Virus record (IMG/VR): IMGVR_UViG_3300025151_004231 | Coordinates: 32,001 to 96,000 of that record | Strand: one strand, 5' to 3' | DNA: 64,000 nucleotides | Source of the DNA: a virus | Shown: positions 18,435-28,476 of the stretch, piece after piece | Position numbering within the stretch: the stretch's first letter is position 1 | Layout of the letters: each line of letters starts with the position of its first letter | Made by a program: the position numbers and the translations under genes | The notes under the pieces: model-generated | Told to the model about the DNA's origin: nothing | The model's input: the letters and a program-made list of their open reading frames with translations, nothing else | Database searches by the model: none

Positions 18435-19442
18435 TTAACCATCTACTAGTTTCCCTGAATATGGTGAGTTCAACCATTTAGAATAACTATCTGCTTGATC
18501 ACTGATTCTGTTAAGTTCATACTTACCACAAAAACGCATAAAGTGTACACCTACTTGAGGGACTTCTTTCTTTTCACTTACGCCATTTTTGATATTAGTA
18601 TCAACTTGATTTCTGATAGCCTCGGGTTGTGCTGTCAAGTCAATCAAAACACGATTACGTTCATAATCATCACGCACTCTGTGTTCTACATCATTATGAT
18701 CAGTCCAACGTTGCAACATGATGTTATTCCAGTTGAATCCGCCCTTGTCTTTATCTGCATATGCTTCTAGCAAACCTGTTTTGTTTTTAGTACCCTTCTT
18801 ACGTACACCTGGATATGCACTAAACACATTGTCAGTAGTGTCACCACGCATACATTTTTCAAAGAGTAGATAAGCAGGGTCTTCAAGTAACTTGGGCTCA
18901 CCTGTCTTTTTGTCTTTGATTGGACGATCCTTGTCATCAAAGTAACCATCTAAACAGATAAACTGATTTGACACACCGTTGTACTGATGTACATTCTCTG
19001 CGATAAGTTGAACATAATCTGAGTCACTAGATATAATGACATGCTCATCATCAGGATGTAATGCAATGAAACGAGCAATCAAATCGTCAGCCTCAGCATT
19101 GGGATCTCGTAAGACACTACAGTTAGTCTTGTCTTTGAGATACGTTGTAAATGTTTCATAAGTCTCCCAGAACATTTCATTTTCTTCTTGCTCTGCTTCA
19201 GTCAATGACTGAGCCGCAACCTTACGATTTGCTTTGTAAGGTGTGTAAAACTCTTTACGCCATGAACGACCCTCTAAACAGAATACGACATGATCGATAC
19301 CGAATCTACGCACAGCCTGATTGGCAGATGCTAACTGTAGATGCAGTGCCATGCCTATCTTTTCCCAAGTATTTGAGTTACGACTTGCGACATGACGGGC
19401 ACGAAAGAACGTGTTTGCTGTGTCTATAAGGGCATATTTCAT
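18435..19442 (-). CDS. rnh: T4 RNase H-like 5'-3' exonuclease / flap endonuclease
   Basis: LIDTAN, YKANR, EADDLIA, SSDSD, GDTTDNV motifs. Confidence 0.9.
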   Translation of the reverse strand: MKYALIDTANTFFRARHVASRNSNTWEKIGMALHLQLASANQAVRRFGIDHVVFCLEGRSWRKEFYTPYKANRKVAAQSLTEAEQEENEMFWETYETFTTYLKDKTNCSVLRDPNAEADDLIARFIALHPDDEHVIISSDSDYVQLIAENVHQYNGVSNQFICLDGYFDDKDRPIKDKKTGEPKLLEDPAYLLFEKCMRGDTTDNVFSAYPGVRKKGTKNKTGLLEAYADKDKGGFNWNNIMLQRWTDHNDVEHRVRDDYERNRVLIDLTAQPEAIRNQVDTNIKNGVSEKKEVPQVGVHFMRFCGKYELNRISDQADSYSKWLNSPYSGKLVDG

Positions 19443-19475
19443 ACGAGTCTCTTATTTATCATTTAATAATATACT

Positions 19476-19504
19476 ATTATACGCAAAATATACGCATATT
19501 GCAA
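19476..19504 (-). promoter_or_regulatory. sigma70-type promoter
   Basis: TTGCAA-17 nt-TATAAT. Confidence 0.7.
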
Positions 19505-19528
19505 GCCTTTATGGGTAAAATGGGTAAA

Positions 19529-21004
19529 TTAATCTGCGTTGTGATCGCCGATCATAAATCGGAAACTTTGCGAACATCTTCCGTTCTGGGCAATAAGATA
19601 ATTAAAGTTGTGTTCTAGTCTAGGAAGAAGTTCTTTTTGGGCTTCTAACCACCATTCATCAGTCTGACTACATAACCTTTCGATTTCTTCAGCAATTGCA
19701 ACTGCTCTATCTTCGTCATTTTCGATCAAGTCATATGCTTCATTAATCCATGGCGAAAAGGTCTTATATCCTGTTTCTCTTAACACTGCTAAAGAACCGG
19801 GCATACCACACAAAACAAAAGGAACTTTTGCTAAGATAAATTTATATGTTTTTTCGGTAAATGTAATACAGTCTATAAAGTTAGTATCTATATTGATTGG
19901 AAATTCATACTCTAACTCACTAAATTTATAATCCTTATCATATATTTCAGGGTGAGTTTTATTAGTTATATCTTGCAAGTATTTCGTTTCAGTAATAATA
20001 GCAAAATAACATTTACTAACATGATCTATAGTATCTTCACCTAAAGATATCCATTGATCTTGGTCCATAAAAAAATTATTTAAATCAAAATTCTGAGCAG
20101 TATCACCTTGGTAATCTCTGCTTCCTAGACCTTTTAAACTTAAAGTTAAGTCTTTATTGTTAACTAATGCTTGAAAAATTTCTTGTCCCGTTTCAGGATA
20201 ATGGGTCTGGGTAAAAGGATTATTAGGATCAGCAAACTGTTCAACAGAACCACTCCAATCTTCTTCTTTAAGGTTCAACGACATTAGTCCATGTGGATGC
20301 AAATCTCGTCTGATTATTTGTCCTACAAAATAAACTCTGTTTATTTTAGGATGATTGTTGTAGAATAAAAATTTATAGGGTTTAATTTTTGGTTTACTGT
20401 TTAGTTTTCTTAATGCTTTTTGTTCCCCTTCATCGGCCCTAGACCATTGACTATTAAGGGTGTCTTCTAATCCATTGGAACATATCTGAGACATCCACAT
20501 CATTAATTTATATTTTTTGGTGTGTTCTATCATATATCGATAGTTTTTAGTATGAGGAGCACATGCCCAAATCATCGCAAAATGATTGGGAGTTACTACA
20601 GGATTATCCGGGTCTGATAAGTAACCATGATTTATGTAATTAAACACATCAGACCAAAATTTCAAATCTAAAAAGGTATAACCTTCTGAGGCTTGTTTTA
20701 AAACAAACTTGTTTTTACCTCTTTCTTGTGCTTTTTCCCATATATAATCGCCTATAGTGGTAACTAGGTGAGTGTATTGTGCATCTCCTTCCCAAATTCT
20801 ACCAGGTCCCAATGATGGTATATGCGAAAATTCATATCCTAGAATTACAAAATAATCCTCATATGCGTCTGCACCGAGTAGTATTGAAGTATGCATAGTT
20901 TTTTCAAAGGATCGTTCTTCATCTAGTTCTGTAGACAAAGGCTTAGTGATGTGGTCTAAAGGAATAGTCCACCTGTTTTTATTTTCAGGATTATGCTCAG
21001 ACAT
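19529..21004 (-). CDS. putative glycosyltransferase-like protein (GT10-like C-terminus)
   Basis: FAIITET...FTEKTYK...PF...G..GSL..LR..GYKTF pattern. Confidence 0.55.
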   Translation of the reverse strand: MSEHNPENKNRWTIPLDHITKPLSTELDEERSFEKTMHTSILLGADAYEDYFVILGYEFSHIPSLGPGRIWEGDAQYTHLVTTIGDYIWEKAQERGKNKFVLKQASEGYTFLDLKFWSDVFNYINHGYLSDPDNPVVTPNHFAMIWACAPHTKNYRYMIEHTKKYKLMMWMSQICSNGLEDTLNSQWSRADEGEQKALRKLNSKPKIKPYKFLFYNNHPKINRVYFVGQIIRRDLHPHGLMSLNLKEEDWSGSVEQFADPNNPFTQTHYPETGQEIFQALVNNKDLTLSLKGLGSRDYQGDTAQNFDLNNFFMDQDQWISLGEDTIDHVSKCYFAIITETKYLQDITNKTHPEIYDKDYKFSELEYEFPINIDTNFIDCITFTEKTYKFILAKVPFVLCGMPGSLAVLRETGYKTFSPWINEAYDLIENDEDRAVAIAEEIERLCSQTDEWWLEAQKELLPRLEHNFNYLIAQNGRCSQSFRFMIGDHNAD

Positions 21005-21017
21005 GCACAATATTTAT

Positions 21018-21341
21018 CTAGTCAGATAAAGGGGGAGGGGGTTGATAAGACTGGACTGCATTATCAAGTGTTTTGCTTGGCTCTACAAAACCTTCTGCTT
21101 GTGCTACTTCTTTATTATCAAAAAACTTGTGCATTTCTTCAATAAGGAATGTTCTGTTTTCAGCAACAGATAAGTCTAATCTGCGTTCATTAATAAGAGT
21201 AGTCTGATGAAGTTTCCATGCATCAAAGGCTTTTTGAGATACAGTTGCCATTAAATCTTTACCGGCTTGACCTGGTAAAGGTGGAAACGACATTGCTGGA
21301 AGTTCCTCTTGATATTTCTTACAAAATACAACTGCTTCCAT
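21018..21341 (-). CDS. yggX: Fe(II)-trafficking / oxidative damage protection protein YggX
   Basis: VFCKKY, PPLPG..G, VSQKAF..W..HQT.LINE.RL motifs. Confidence 0.9.
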   Translation of the reverse strand: MEAVVFCKKYQEELPAMSFPPLPGQAGKDLMATVSQKAFDAWKLHQTTLINERRLDLSVAENRTFLIEEMHKFFDNKEVAQAEGFVEPSKTLDNAVQSYQPPPPLSD

Positions 21342-21752
21342 TTAACTTACCTCTGATCTTCCGTCACCTATGTCTTTACTACTGACAACTCTCATGTCTG
21401 CACCAGTGATAGGATCTTTATCTTTTCTATTATAAGGGTCTGCTTGATCTTGCTCATATACTTCTAGTGCAATATTACGACAAACTTGTTGAAACCATCT
21501 GTCTACGATTTCTTCATCGGTGTCATCATCTGCTTGTTTGTAACCTGCTTTGATAAGGTTCAATACGAACTTATCATTCCAATCCATTTCAAACGCACCG
21601 TTATTGATATCCATTTCATCTATGTCTACGTTTAAAATAGATACCCAAGGTTCGCCGGCTCTAGTTGCTTTTTCTTTTTCACTGAGTTTCGGTGATGCTT
21701 TCTTTTTAGGTTCGGGCTTTTTACCGAACATGTTTTTAATCTTGTCTAACAT
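21342..21752 (-). CDS. hypothetical protein
   Basis: GEPWV, FEMDWND.FV..L..AGY, IVDRWF. Confidence 0.75.
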   Translation of the reverse strand: MLDKIKNMFGKKPEPKKKASPKLSEKEKATRAGEPWVSILNVDIDEMDINNGAFEMDWNDKFVLNLIKAGYKQADDDTDEEIVDRWFQQVCRNIALEVYEQDQADPYNRKDKDPITGADMRVVSSKDIGDGRSEVS

Positions 21753-22775
21753 TTAAGTCCTCTCTATATACTTATCATGCAATTGGAAGGACGCAAGATT
21801 TTTTGCTTTAGACTCACACATAATGTCAGCCCATGATAGATGTTCGATAGCCCAGTCGTTGACAGCATTGTTCCAGTAGTAGTCAGAATGTGCCCTGAGT
21901 TTTTGTTTCTTGTGCCCTGACTCTAGTAGAGTGTCTAAGTCGGGTAATTGATCAATATTGTGACCTACAAGATAATCCTCACGTGATACAGAGTAATGAA
22001 TCACAGGACGCACACCTCGCCAAGAATCAATTATACGTTTACATCGATCATCTGTTGGTAGAATATATTCTCCTTCTTTGACCCAGTGATGGTGTATGTC
22101 CAATACGAGTGCAAGATGATCGGCGAGTTCGAGGCTGGCGTCGAGTCCCCATGACATTTCATCGTTTTCGATTGTGATTGTGTTTCGTGCCTCGGGTGAG
22201 AGTCTGGGTAAGATATCGATGATACCTTGGGGACCGCGACGTCCTGAGATGTGTACGTTGATTTTGAAATCCTGAAAGGACTTACCGTAACCCATTGCCC
22301 TTGCCATATCCACATGATATTCAAACTCCTCTATACTATTATCGACAATACTGTCAGTTTCTGAAGCAAGAACAGTAAACTGACCTGGATGAAATGATAG
22401 TCTGACATTGTTTGCACGTGCAACGTCACCGATTGGCGAACATAGTTGCTCCATGCGATTGATGACATCAGCACGTTTGTAGAAGTATGAGAACTCCGGA
22501 TGTGTGTAACCAGTCATCATATCACTAGTTAGACGTACCATACGTAATGATTGGGGCAATGTAGCAACTTTAGATACAAGATTGTATGTATTAGTCAAGT
22601 TGCGTTCCATAACTTCCCACATCTTGTCTTCTGCTTTGTCAGGATTATTACGCAACCACGTTAGTGTAGTGCCACCTGTATTGAGTCCCTCAGTAGAAAC
22701 TAGTTGATCTTTGTCATTGATCTCAGACCATTTGCAGGCGAAACCTATACGTTTAATATTATTATCTGTAAACAT
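21753..22775 (-). CDS. uvsE: UV damage endonuclease
   Basis: RIGFAC, RLSFHPGQF, IENDE, LDIHHH, AHSD, ESKAK motifs. Confidence 0.92.
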   Translation of the reverse strand: MFTDNNIKRIGFACKWSEINDKDQLVSTEGLNTGGTTLTWLRNNPDKAEDKMWEVMERNLTNTYNLVSKVATLPQSLRMVRLTSDMMTGYTHPEFSYFYKRADVINRMEQLCSPIGDVARANNVRLSFHPGQFTVLASETDSIVDNSIEEFEYHVDMARAMGYGKSFQDFKINVHISGRRGPQGIIDILPRLSPEARNTITIENDEMSWGLDASLELADHLALVLDIHHHWVKEGEYILPTDDRCKRIIDSWRGVRPVIHYSVSREDYLVGHNIDQLPDLDTLLESGHKKQKLRAHSDYYWNNAVNDWAIEHLSWADIMCESKAKNLASFQLHDKYIERT

Positions 22776-22813
22776 TGATAAATACTCTTATAAAGTGATG
22801 GAAAAATGAACCT

Positions 22814-24721
22814 ATGAGTGATATACGAAACATACTAGATATGATACAGGAAAATGAGAAGGATGTCAAGCCTCATTTACCCGAATCTAATCCTGGAGAA
22901 ACGTCAGATTTCGTCAAAAATAATGCAAGATTTGCCGCTCACGCCGAAGAAACATTAGAAGCAATGGTCGATAAATTCGAGGTAGAAACTTTACCCGAAT
23001 TTTTACGTGACGAAGGTGTTGCAGTTCCAAATAGAGAAGTAGACGAAAATATCTCTGACAACAAATTACCAACTATCGACCAAGAAATGGATTCATATTT
23101 TGGATCTAAGCCAGGTGAATTAGAAGAAGACGAATTAAACGAGTATAAATGGCAACCACGTGCTGATGGTAGCACTAGAATAGAAGTTGCTAAAGTATAT
23201 CAATGTAATCAATGTGATGGAGACGGTACAGTAGTTGATGAAACTGAAGACGATGCCGAAGTTGTTACATGTAGACAATGTTTAGGTACAGGTCACGTTG
23301 ATGCTGAAGGTAATCCAGTAAGAATTGGATTTGGTCCTAGAGAAGATGAAGTCGTTACAGGTAGAGAAGAAGAATTAGAAACTGACGACACTATGTTTGA
23401 AGAACTAGGTAAAGATGGTAAAAAACCAGCAGTACCTTACAGCAAATCTACAGAAAAAGATTTAGCAGATAGAATGCTAAAAGCAACTCCCCCTAAGACA
23501 GACTCCAGAGATCATAATAAATCAGACGAAGGTGAATGGGCTAGAGAACTTAGACATATCAAACAGTTAGGTGGACAGACTGGAAAACATGTTGCTGATG
23601 CAGATAAAGAAGTCGATGAAGCAATTGATGCACCTACAAGAGTCATTAAAGATAAAGAATTAAACGACTACTTAGACAGAGTTCTATCAAAAGATAAGAA
23701 GAAAACTGACAAGTACAAGTTGCCTTATGTGCATAGATCAAACGTTAAGAACTATATTCCGATTGTAGATCCAGAAGGAAAACGATTTGATTTAGATAAG
23801 TTGGCCGCAGATATTACTGAAAGGCCTAAAACGTTACTTAAACAAAACGAAAAAATGCAACATAGTGACGGCACAACTAGTATCTTCTATAACATAGGTC
23901 TTCCTGCTTTAACAGGATTGGGTTATGATGAAGAAAAGAAAGAGTTTGTAATCATTAATACATGCCCGGGAGCAGGCGAATGTAAGACATTCTGCTATGC
24001 ATTAAAAGGTGGTTATGTACAATGGGCTCCAGTATCACTTAGTCAAACAAGAATTTTAAACTATTTGTATAATGATCCAAGTGGTTTCTTTGATCAATTA
24101 AATGCAGAAATTGATGAACAAAAACGTAAAGGTGATGCTAAACAAGAAAAACATAAAGTTACTGTACGTTGGCATGATGCAGGAGACTTCTTTTCTGACG
24201 AATACTTAGATTTAGCATACAAACTAGCCGCTACACATCCTACTGTAGACTTCTACGCATACACTAAAAGAGCAGATGTATCGGGTGCTACTCAAAATAG
24301 ACCGCCCAACTTTATGATTAACTTCTCAATGGGTGCTAGAAAAGCAGAAGAAAAACGTGTAGACTTCGGTATTACTAAACATTCGACTGTTGTACCAAAA
24401 GACTTGTTTGGTGATCTACTCAAAAAAGATGGAAACAGATTAGTAAAAGGTCCTGATGGTGAATGGCAATGGAACAGTCCTAAAGACTATGAAACATTCA
24501 AAGAACGTATGGCTGCCAAATATTCTATCGATCCTAAGTCAATCATCACTTATGATGAAATGATGAAAACACCATACGGTGGTGGTGGAGTAGGTGGCGG
24601 TGTAGCAGACGGAGATAGATCATTCAAAAGAGGAATTTATAACGTTATTGTCAAACCGGGAGACGGTGATGACTCAGCCAATCGTGCTGACGTTTTAGGT
24701 ACTTACTTGTTAATGCACTAA
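22814..24721 (+). CDS. Gp88-like Cys-motif domain protein with acidic N-terminal region and DnaJ-type zinc finger
   Basis: TCPGAGECKTFCYA, RWHDAGDF, FYAYTK; CNQCDGDG and CRQCLGTG. Confidence 0.7.
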   Translation: MSDIRNILDMIQENEKDVKPHLPESNPGETSDFVKNNARFAAHAEETLEAMVDKFEVETLPEFLRDEGVAVPNREVDENISDNKLPTIDQEMDSYFGSKPGELEEDELNEYKWQPRADGSTRIEVAKVYQCNQCDGDGTVVDETEDDAEVVTCRQCLGTGHVDAEGNPVRIGFGPREDEVVTGREEELETDDTMFEELGKDGKKPAVPYSKSTEKDLADRMLKATPPKTDSRDHNKSDEGEWARELRHIKQLGGQTGKHVADADKEVDEAIDAPTRVIKDKELNDYLDRVLSKDKKKTDKYKLPYVHRSNVKNYIPIVDPEGKRFDLDKLAADITERPKTLLKQNEKMQHSDGTTSIFYNIGLPALTGLGYDEEKKEFVIINTCPGAGECKTFCYALKGGYVQWAPVSLSQTRILNYLYNDPSGFFDQLNAEIDEQKRKGDAKQEKHKVTVRWHDAGDFFSDEYLDLAYKLAATHPTVDFYAYTKRADVSGATQNRPPNFMINFSMGARKAEEKRVDFGITKHSTVVPKDLFGDLLKKDGNRLVKGPDGEWQWNSPKDYETFKERMAAKYSIDPKSIITYDEMMKTPYGGGGVGGGVADGDRSFKRGIYNVIVKPGDGDDSANRADVLGTYLLMH

Positions 24722-25557
24722 TCCTTTACTACTTTAAGTAATTCTTCTAAACTGTACAATTCTTGCATATAATCTGACTTATCTTTCAACACAGTTTTAG
24801 GTAAGTCACCTTCTCTACGTGTTGAGTATACAACGTTAAAGTCTATATTATTGACTTGTTTAAATGTTTCGACCATTTCTTTAACACTGTGTCCTTTACC
24901 ATGACCTAAACATTCAATCTTGTTTGTTGGCCTTTCGATTGCTGTTTTAAGTCCTGCACAAACTTCATTAACGTGTATATAATCTCTTACGCATGTGCCG
25001 TCGGGTGTGTCATAATCATCACCGAATATAGTAAACTGTCCTTTACCTGGAGCCATTAGCAGATTTGCCATTAGTCCGTCTGGATTAGTCGGAGTAAATC
25101 CGTCGACCCCTGCTACATTGTAAAATCTAAAAATAGTAAAGTCTTTTTTGCTCTGCGTAGTACAATACTCAGTTATGACATCTTCTGCCGCTTTCTTAGA
25201 TGTGCCATATGGATCATAACAGAACTCAGCAACACCTGTCGATGCAAATATAAAGTTGTTAGTTTTGATCTTTGCCAATACATTCATCGTACCATTAAGG
25301 TTAGTGATGTAATATTGAATTGGTACTTGTTTACTCTCGTTAACTCTGACTCTAGCCGCTAAATGTATCACTGCATCAAATTCTTCTGGAAACTCTCCGA
25401 AAGGATGATTGATGTCATGTTGTATAAACTGATTCTCTTTAATCTCTGCTTTAGGAGGAAGTATATCTAGTCCCCATATATCGTAATCATGTTTTAAATA
25501 ATTAACTAAATGCGAACCTATGTAACCCGAACATCCTGTTATTAATACTTTTTTCAT
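24718..25557 (-). CDS. galE: UDP-glucose 4-epimerase-like NAD-dependent epimerase
   Basis: GCSGYIG, HLAA, YGTSK, RFYNVAG, DGTCVRDYIHV motifs. Confidence 0.88.
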   Translation of the reverse strand: MKKVLITGCSGYIGSHLVNYLKHDYDIWGLDILPPKAEIKENQFIQHDINHPFGEFPEEFDAVIHLAARVRVNESKQVPIQYYITNLNGTMNVLAKIKTNNFIFASTGVAEFCYDPYGTSKKAAEDVITEYCTTQSKKDFTIFRFYNVAGVDGFTPTNPDGLMANLLMAPGKGQFTIFGDDYDTPDGTCVRDYIHVNEVCAGLKTAIERPTNKIECLGHGKGHSVKEMVETFKQVNNIDFNVVYSTRREGDLPKTVLKDKSDYMQELYSLEELLKVVKD

Positions 25558-25781
25558 AATTTTATTGCCAATAATGTTAGTATTGAAATTAACAATACGT
25601 TAGTAAGAAAGATGCCTATGGCTAATATTGTGTGATACCATATCCATCTAGTTTTATATGCGTTTTCAATCGTTATTTCATCAGGATCTACATCATCCTT
25701 CATCATGTCTATAACGACTGTTTCTTTTTTAATCTCTATTGGTTCTGGCTTCTTCCAGAATTTTGTAAACCATTCGCCCAT
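25554..25781 (-). CDS. small membrane protein
   Basis: C-terminal TM helix; coupled overlaps. Confidence 0.7.
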   Translation of the reverse strand: MGEWFTKFWKKPEPIEIKKETVVIDMMKDDVDPDEITIENAYKTRWIWYHTILAIGIFLTNVLLISILTLLAIKL

Positions 25782-27133
25782 TATAATCCTTCAAATAATT
25801 GTGCTGATTGTGTACTTGATACAGTTTCAGGTGGTTGAAAATACGGATCAGTTGTCAACCAAGTGTCAGTATCTGTGTAACATACTATAAACTTATGCCT
25901 ATTAGTCAATACACTTCGTACATCATCAATACATATTGTACTTCTGTTCAGACTACTAATGTAATCTGCGTGACTTGTTGTGGTATGCTGTAATATACCT
26001 GCAGTCGAATTATTAGACTTTTTGCTAACAAAACTGTTAAAACAGTTTATCCACTTCTGAGCAATCAGTTGTTCTTGTGTATTATAATGTTCTAATGCAC
26101 CTAACTTATAATAAGACTCTGCTGTAGGATATTCTTCATAAAGCACGGAGATAATATCTGCTACGTTACTTTTGTCTCCTACATAATAATACTTATCATC
26201 GAAATTCTTTAGCCAACGTTTTCCTTCATATGCCACAGTTGGCAACTGAATGTGTTGTTCTAAAAATGCAATACCATAACTCTCAACAGTGCTTGGATTG
26301 AATGCTACCCTTGCACCAGTAATAAAGTTAACCTTTTCTTGTCCTATAATACCTGACTTAATTTCATAGTCTACGCCTAACTCTTTTAATCGTGCTTCAA
26401 ACTTCTTAGCACCATTTGCGTTAGTCATAACTTTAGCAGGCAATTTAGTCTGCTCAATAACTTTCAAAAAGTCTTCAGGACCTTTTCCTTCTTCCCATCT
26501 ACCTATATAAAGTACACCTGTTCTTTCTTTGTGATGTTCTTCTAATAGACTAGGTTCGGGTAATGGTATAGGTAAATGTACTCCTTTAAGTGTACCAAGT
26601 ATCTGAGCATTAAACTCACTTTGCGTACCGATAGTTGTATTAGAGATTTGCATTTGTAATCTCATTGAATGATTCACGTTGTCTAAGAAAGGATTCTTTG
26701 TATTCTCAAATAACTGACTTTCTAAATGTGTGTAGTTGATAATCTGAATACAATCTTCTAATCCGATCTCAGACATTAAACGTGAAGTTTCGTAAGTATT
26801 ACAAACAATAGAATCATACAGATTAGACTCTAAGGCTTTGATCACTGAGTTTCTAAAGTTAATCATACGTTCTAAACAGTAACTATCGCCATACATGAAG
26901 ATACCTTGATGTTTAGAATAAGACAAAGGATTGTCTGTGTAGATAAATCTAGCACCGTCGTTCTGCAAAGTCTTAGTAAACTCTGTATGCTTGTCAAACT
27001 TGTCTGTAATGATATCAACCTTGATATTATTATCCTTCATTTGCTTTACGAAACTTAAAGCAAACTGTCCTATGCCCCCATGGGGAATAAGATGTTGATA
27101 TGACATTAAGAATGCTATGCGTTTATTGTACAT
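25781..27133 (-). CDS. GT-B (GT4-like) glycosyltransferase
   Basis: PHGGIGQF, YIGRWEEGKG, ESYGIAFLE. Confidence 0.82.
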   Translation of the reverse strand: MYNKRIAFLMSYQHLIPHGGIGQFALSFVKQMKDNNIKVDIITDKFDKHTEFTKTLQNDGARFIYTDNPLSYSKHQGIFMYGDSYCLERMINFRNSVIKALESNLYDSIVCNTYETSRLMSEIGLEDCIQIINYTHLESQLFENTKNPFLDNVNHSMRLQMQISNTTIGTQSEFNAQILGTLKGVHLPIPLPEPSLLEEHHKERTGVLYIGRWEEGKGPEDFLKVIEQTKLPAKVMTNANGAKKFEARLKELGVDYEIKSGIIGQEKVNFITGARVAFNPSTVESYGIAFLEQHIQLPTVAYEGKRWLKNFDDKYYYVGDKSNVADIISVLYEEYPTAESYYKLGALEHYNTQEQLIAQKWINCFNSFVSKKSNNSTAGILQHTTTSHADYISSLNRSTICIDDVRSVLTNRHKFIVCYTDTDTWLTTDPYFQPPETVSSTQSAQLFEGL

Positions 27134-27413
27134 TTCTCTCCCACAACCAAGCACCGGCACCAAGATACTTAACCTTTTTGCCACCTGCTTTTTCTGTGTA
27201 TTCGTCTTGTACGTCTACACCTATTCTGAAAAAGTCTCTGTCTGTTTTGCTAGGATTATCTGCAAGCCATAATTGCTTTGCATCTAGCATTAAGTAATAT
27301 CCATCATTAGCATTCATGTAACTATTATACTTCCTCTTAAAATCAATGTCAACATCTTTTATACCCAAAAAGGAAGGACCTTTCGATCCTTCGTGTTTTT
27401 CATTAATCATCAT
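27123..27413 (-). CDS. hypothetical protein; may extend to 27500 across an in-frame TAG
   Basis: 96 aa ORF; upstream in-frame ATG with GAGGAG RBS. Confidence 0.5.
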   Translation of the reverse strand: MMINEKHEGSKGPSFLGIKDVDIDFKRKYNSYMNANDGYYLMLDAKQLWLADNPSKTDRDFFRIGVDVQDEYTEKAGGKKVKYLGAGAWLWERNVQ

Positions 27414-27541
27414 ATATTGTTTAGTATTGTTCGGCCCATATTTTTTATTCTAAATGTCCTGTACTCGGCTGGGAATTCCCGTCAGGTGTGTAGTCACCAT
27501 GTCACTTAGTCTCCTCTAAATCAATCGTTACAGTAATTATA

Positions 27542-28078
27542 TTACTTTTCACTATCTAATGTCAAGGGATTTTTAATTTTATTTTCCCAAATCTTTTTGA
27601 CAATAAAAGACATTACTACATTCTTTGTAAGATAGTATTTTTGTTTAGATTTGGATAGATGTTTAAAGTCTCCTATTGTCTTTCTGCATGTTTTGTCTTC
27701 ACAATTACACATCATCATAAATTCAGAGCCGTCTTCTTCAAAATCTTCACTGATCGTAGTAGAATAATCGTAGAAGATTTCTTCTCCTTCTTCGATATCT
27801 CTCAATGCTACTATGTAAACATCACTGCGTATTCCGCAATTCGGATTGCAATGATGATTGATTAGTAGTCCAGGTTCTTCTAAGTCTACATATACCTCAT
27901 CGGCTATTTGCAATGGGTTACATTGCTTGTCGCCTTTGAGATATACATCTTGTAGTGATATAACAGGTCCAGTAAGATTTAATATTACTTCGCCTTCGGA
28001 GATTGCTTGAGTAGCAAAAACTCCTTTACCAAACTTCGATTCGTCTATACGATACTGTTCGGTTCTTTCGTTGTCCAA
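27542..28078 (-). CDS. SET-domain protein-lysine methyltransferase
   Basis: GKGVFA, INHHCNPN, GEEIFYDY, post-SET CNC...C. Confidence 0.9.
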   Translation of the reverse strand: MDNERTEQYRIDESKFGKGVFATQAISEGEVILNLTGPVISLQDVYLKGDKQCNPLQIADEVYVDLEEPGLLINHHCNPNCGIRSDVYIVALRDIEEGEEIFYDYSTTISEDFEEDGSEFMMMCNCEDKTCRKTIGDFKHLSKSKQKYYLTKNVVMSFIVKKIWENKIKNPLTLDSEK

Positions 28079-28266
28079 ACTATTTTAACTCCTCTACGAT
28101 CAAGTTCATTTCTGCATTTTTGCTTGATTTTAGGCCTACCATTACTGCTATTGATATAATCAATAAGTTCTTGTTTAGGAGTATTTTTAATATAGTAGTG
28201 AGTTGTAGTTACTACTTTAGTACCTCTTTGTACTGTTTTTTGTGATGGTTTAAATTTAATTGGCAT
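28045..28266 (-). CDS. small basic hypothetical protein
   Basis: KIKQKCRNELDRRG; TAATG coupling. Confidence 0.7.
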   Translation of the reverse strand: MPIKFKPSQKTVQRGTKVVTTTHYYIKNTPKQELIDYINSSNGRPKIKQKCRNELDRRGVKIVWTTKEPNSIV

Positions 28267-28433
28267 TATCCTTGACCTCTATTAATAGACATTGAACGTT
28301 TCTTTGCCTTATTCATTGTACTCATCGCAATCTTTACTCTGCGACCCCTTCCACCAACACCCGTTGATGTGCATTTTTTACCTGAACCGTTAATTAACGA
28401 CTTGTGTTTTATTTTTCTACTTGCTTTAGCCAT
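28266..28433 (-). CDS. small basic protein ending RGQG (55 aa, not in the ORF track)
   Basis: MAKASRKIKHK...MSTMNKAKKRSMSINRGQG; RBS and upstream TAAATA. Confidence 0.75.
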   Translation of the reverse strand: MAKASRKIKHKSLINGSGKKCTSTGVGGRGRRVKIAMSTMNKAKKRSMSINRGQG

Positions 28434-28476
28434 TGTTCCTTTTAGTTTGTATATTTATAATTAAATATGGGTTGTA

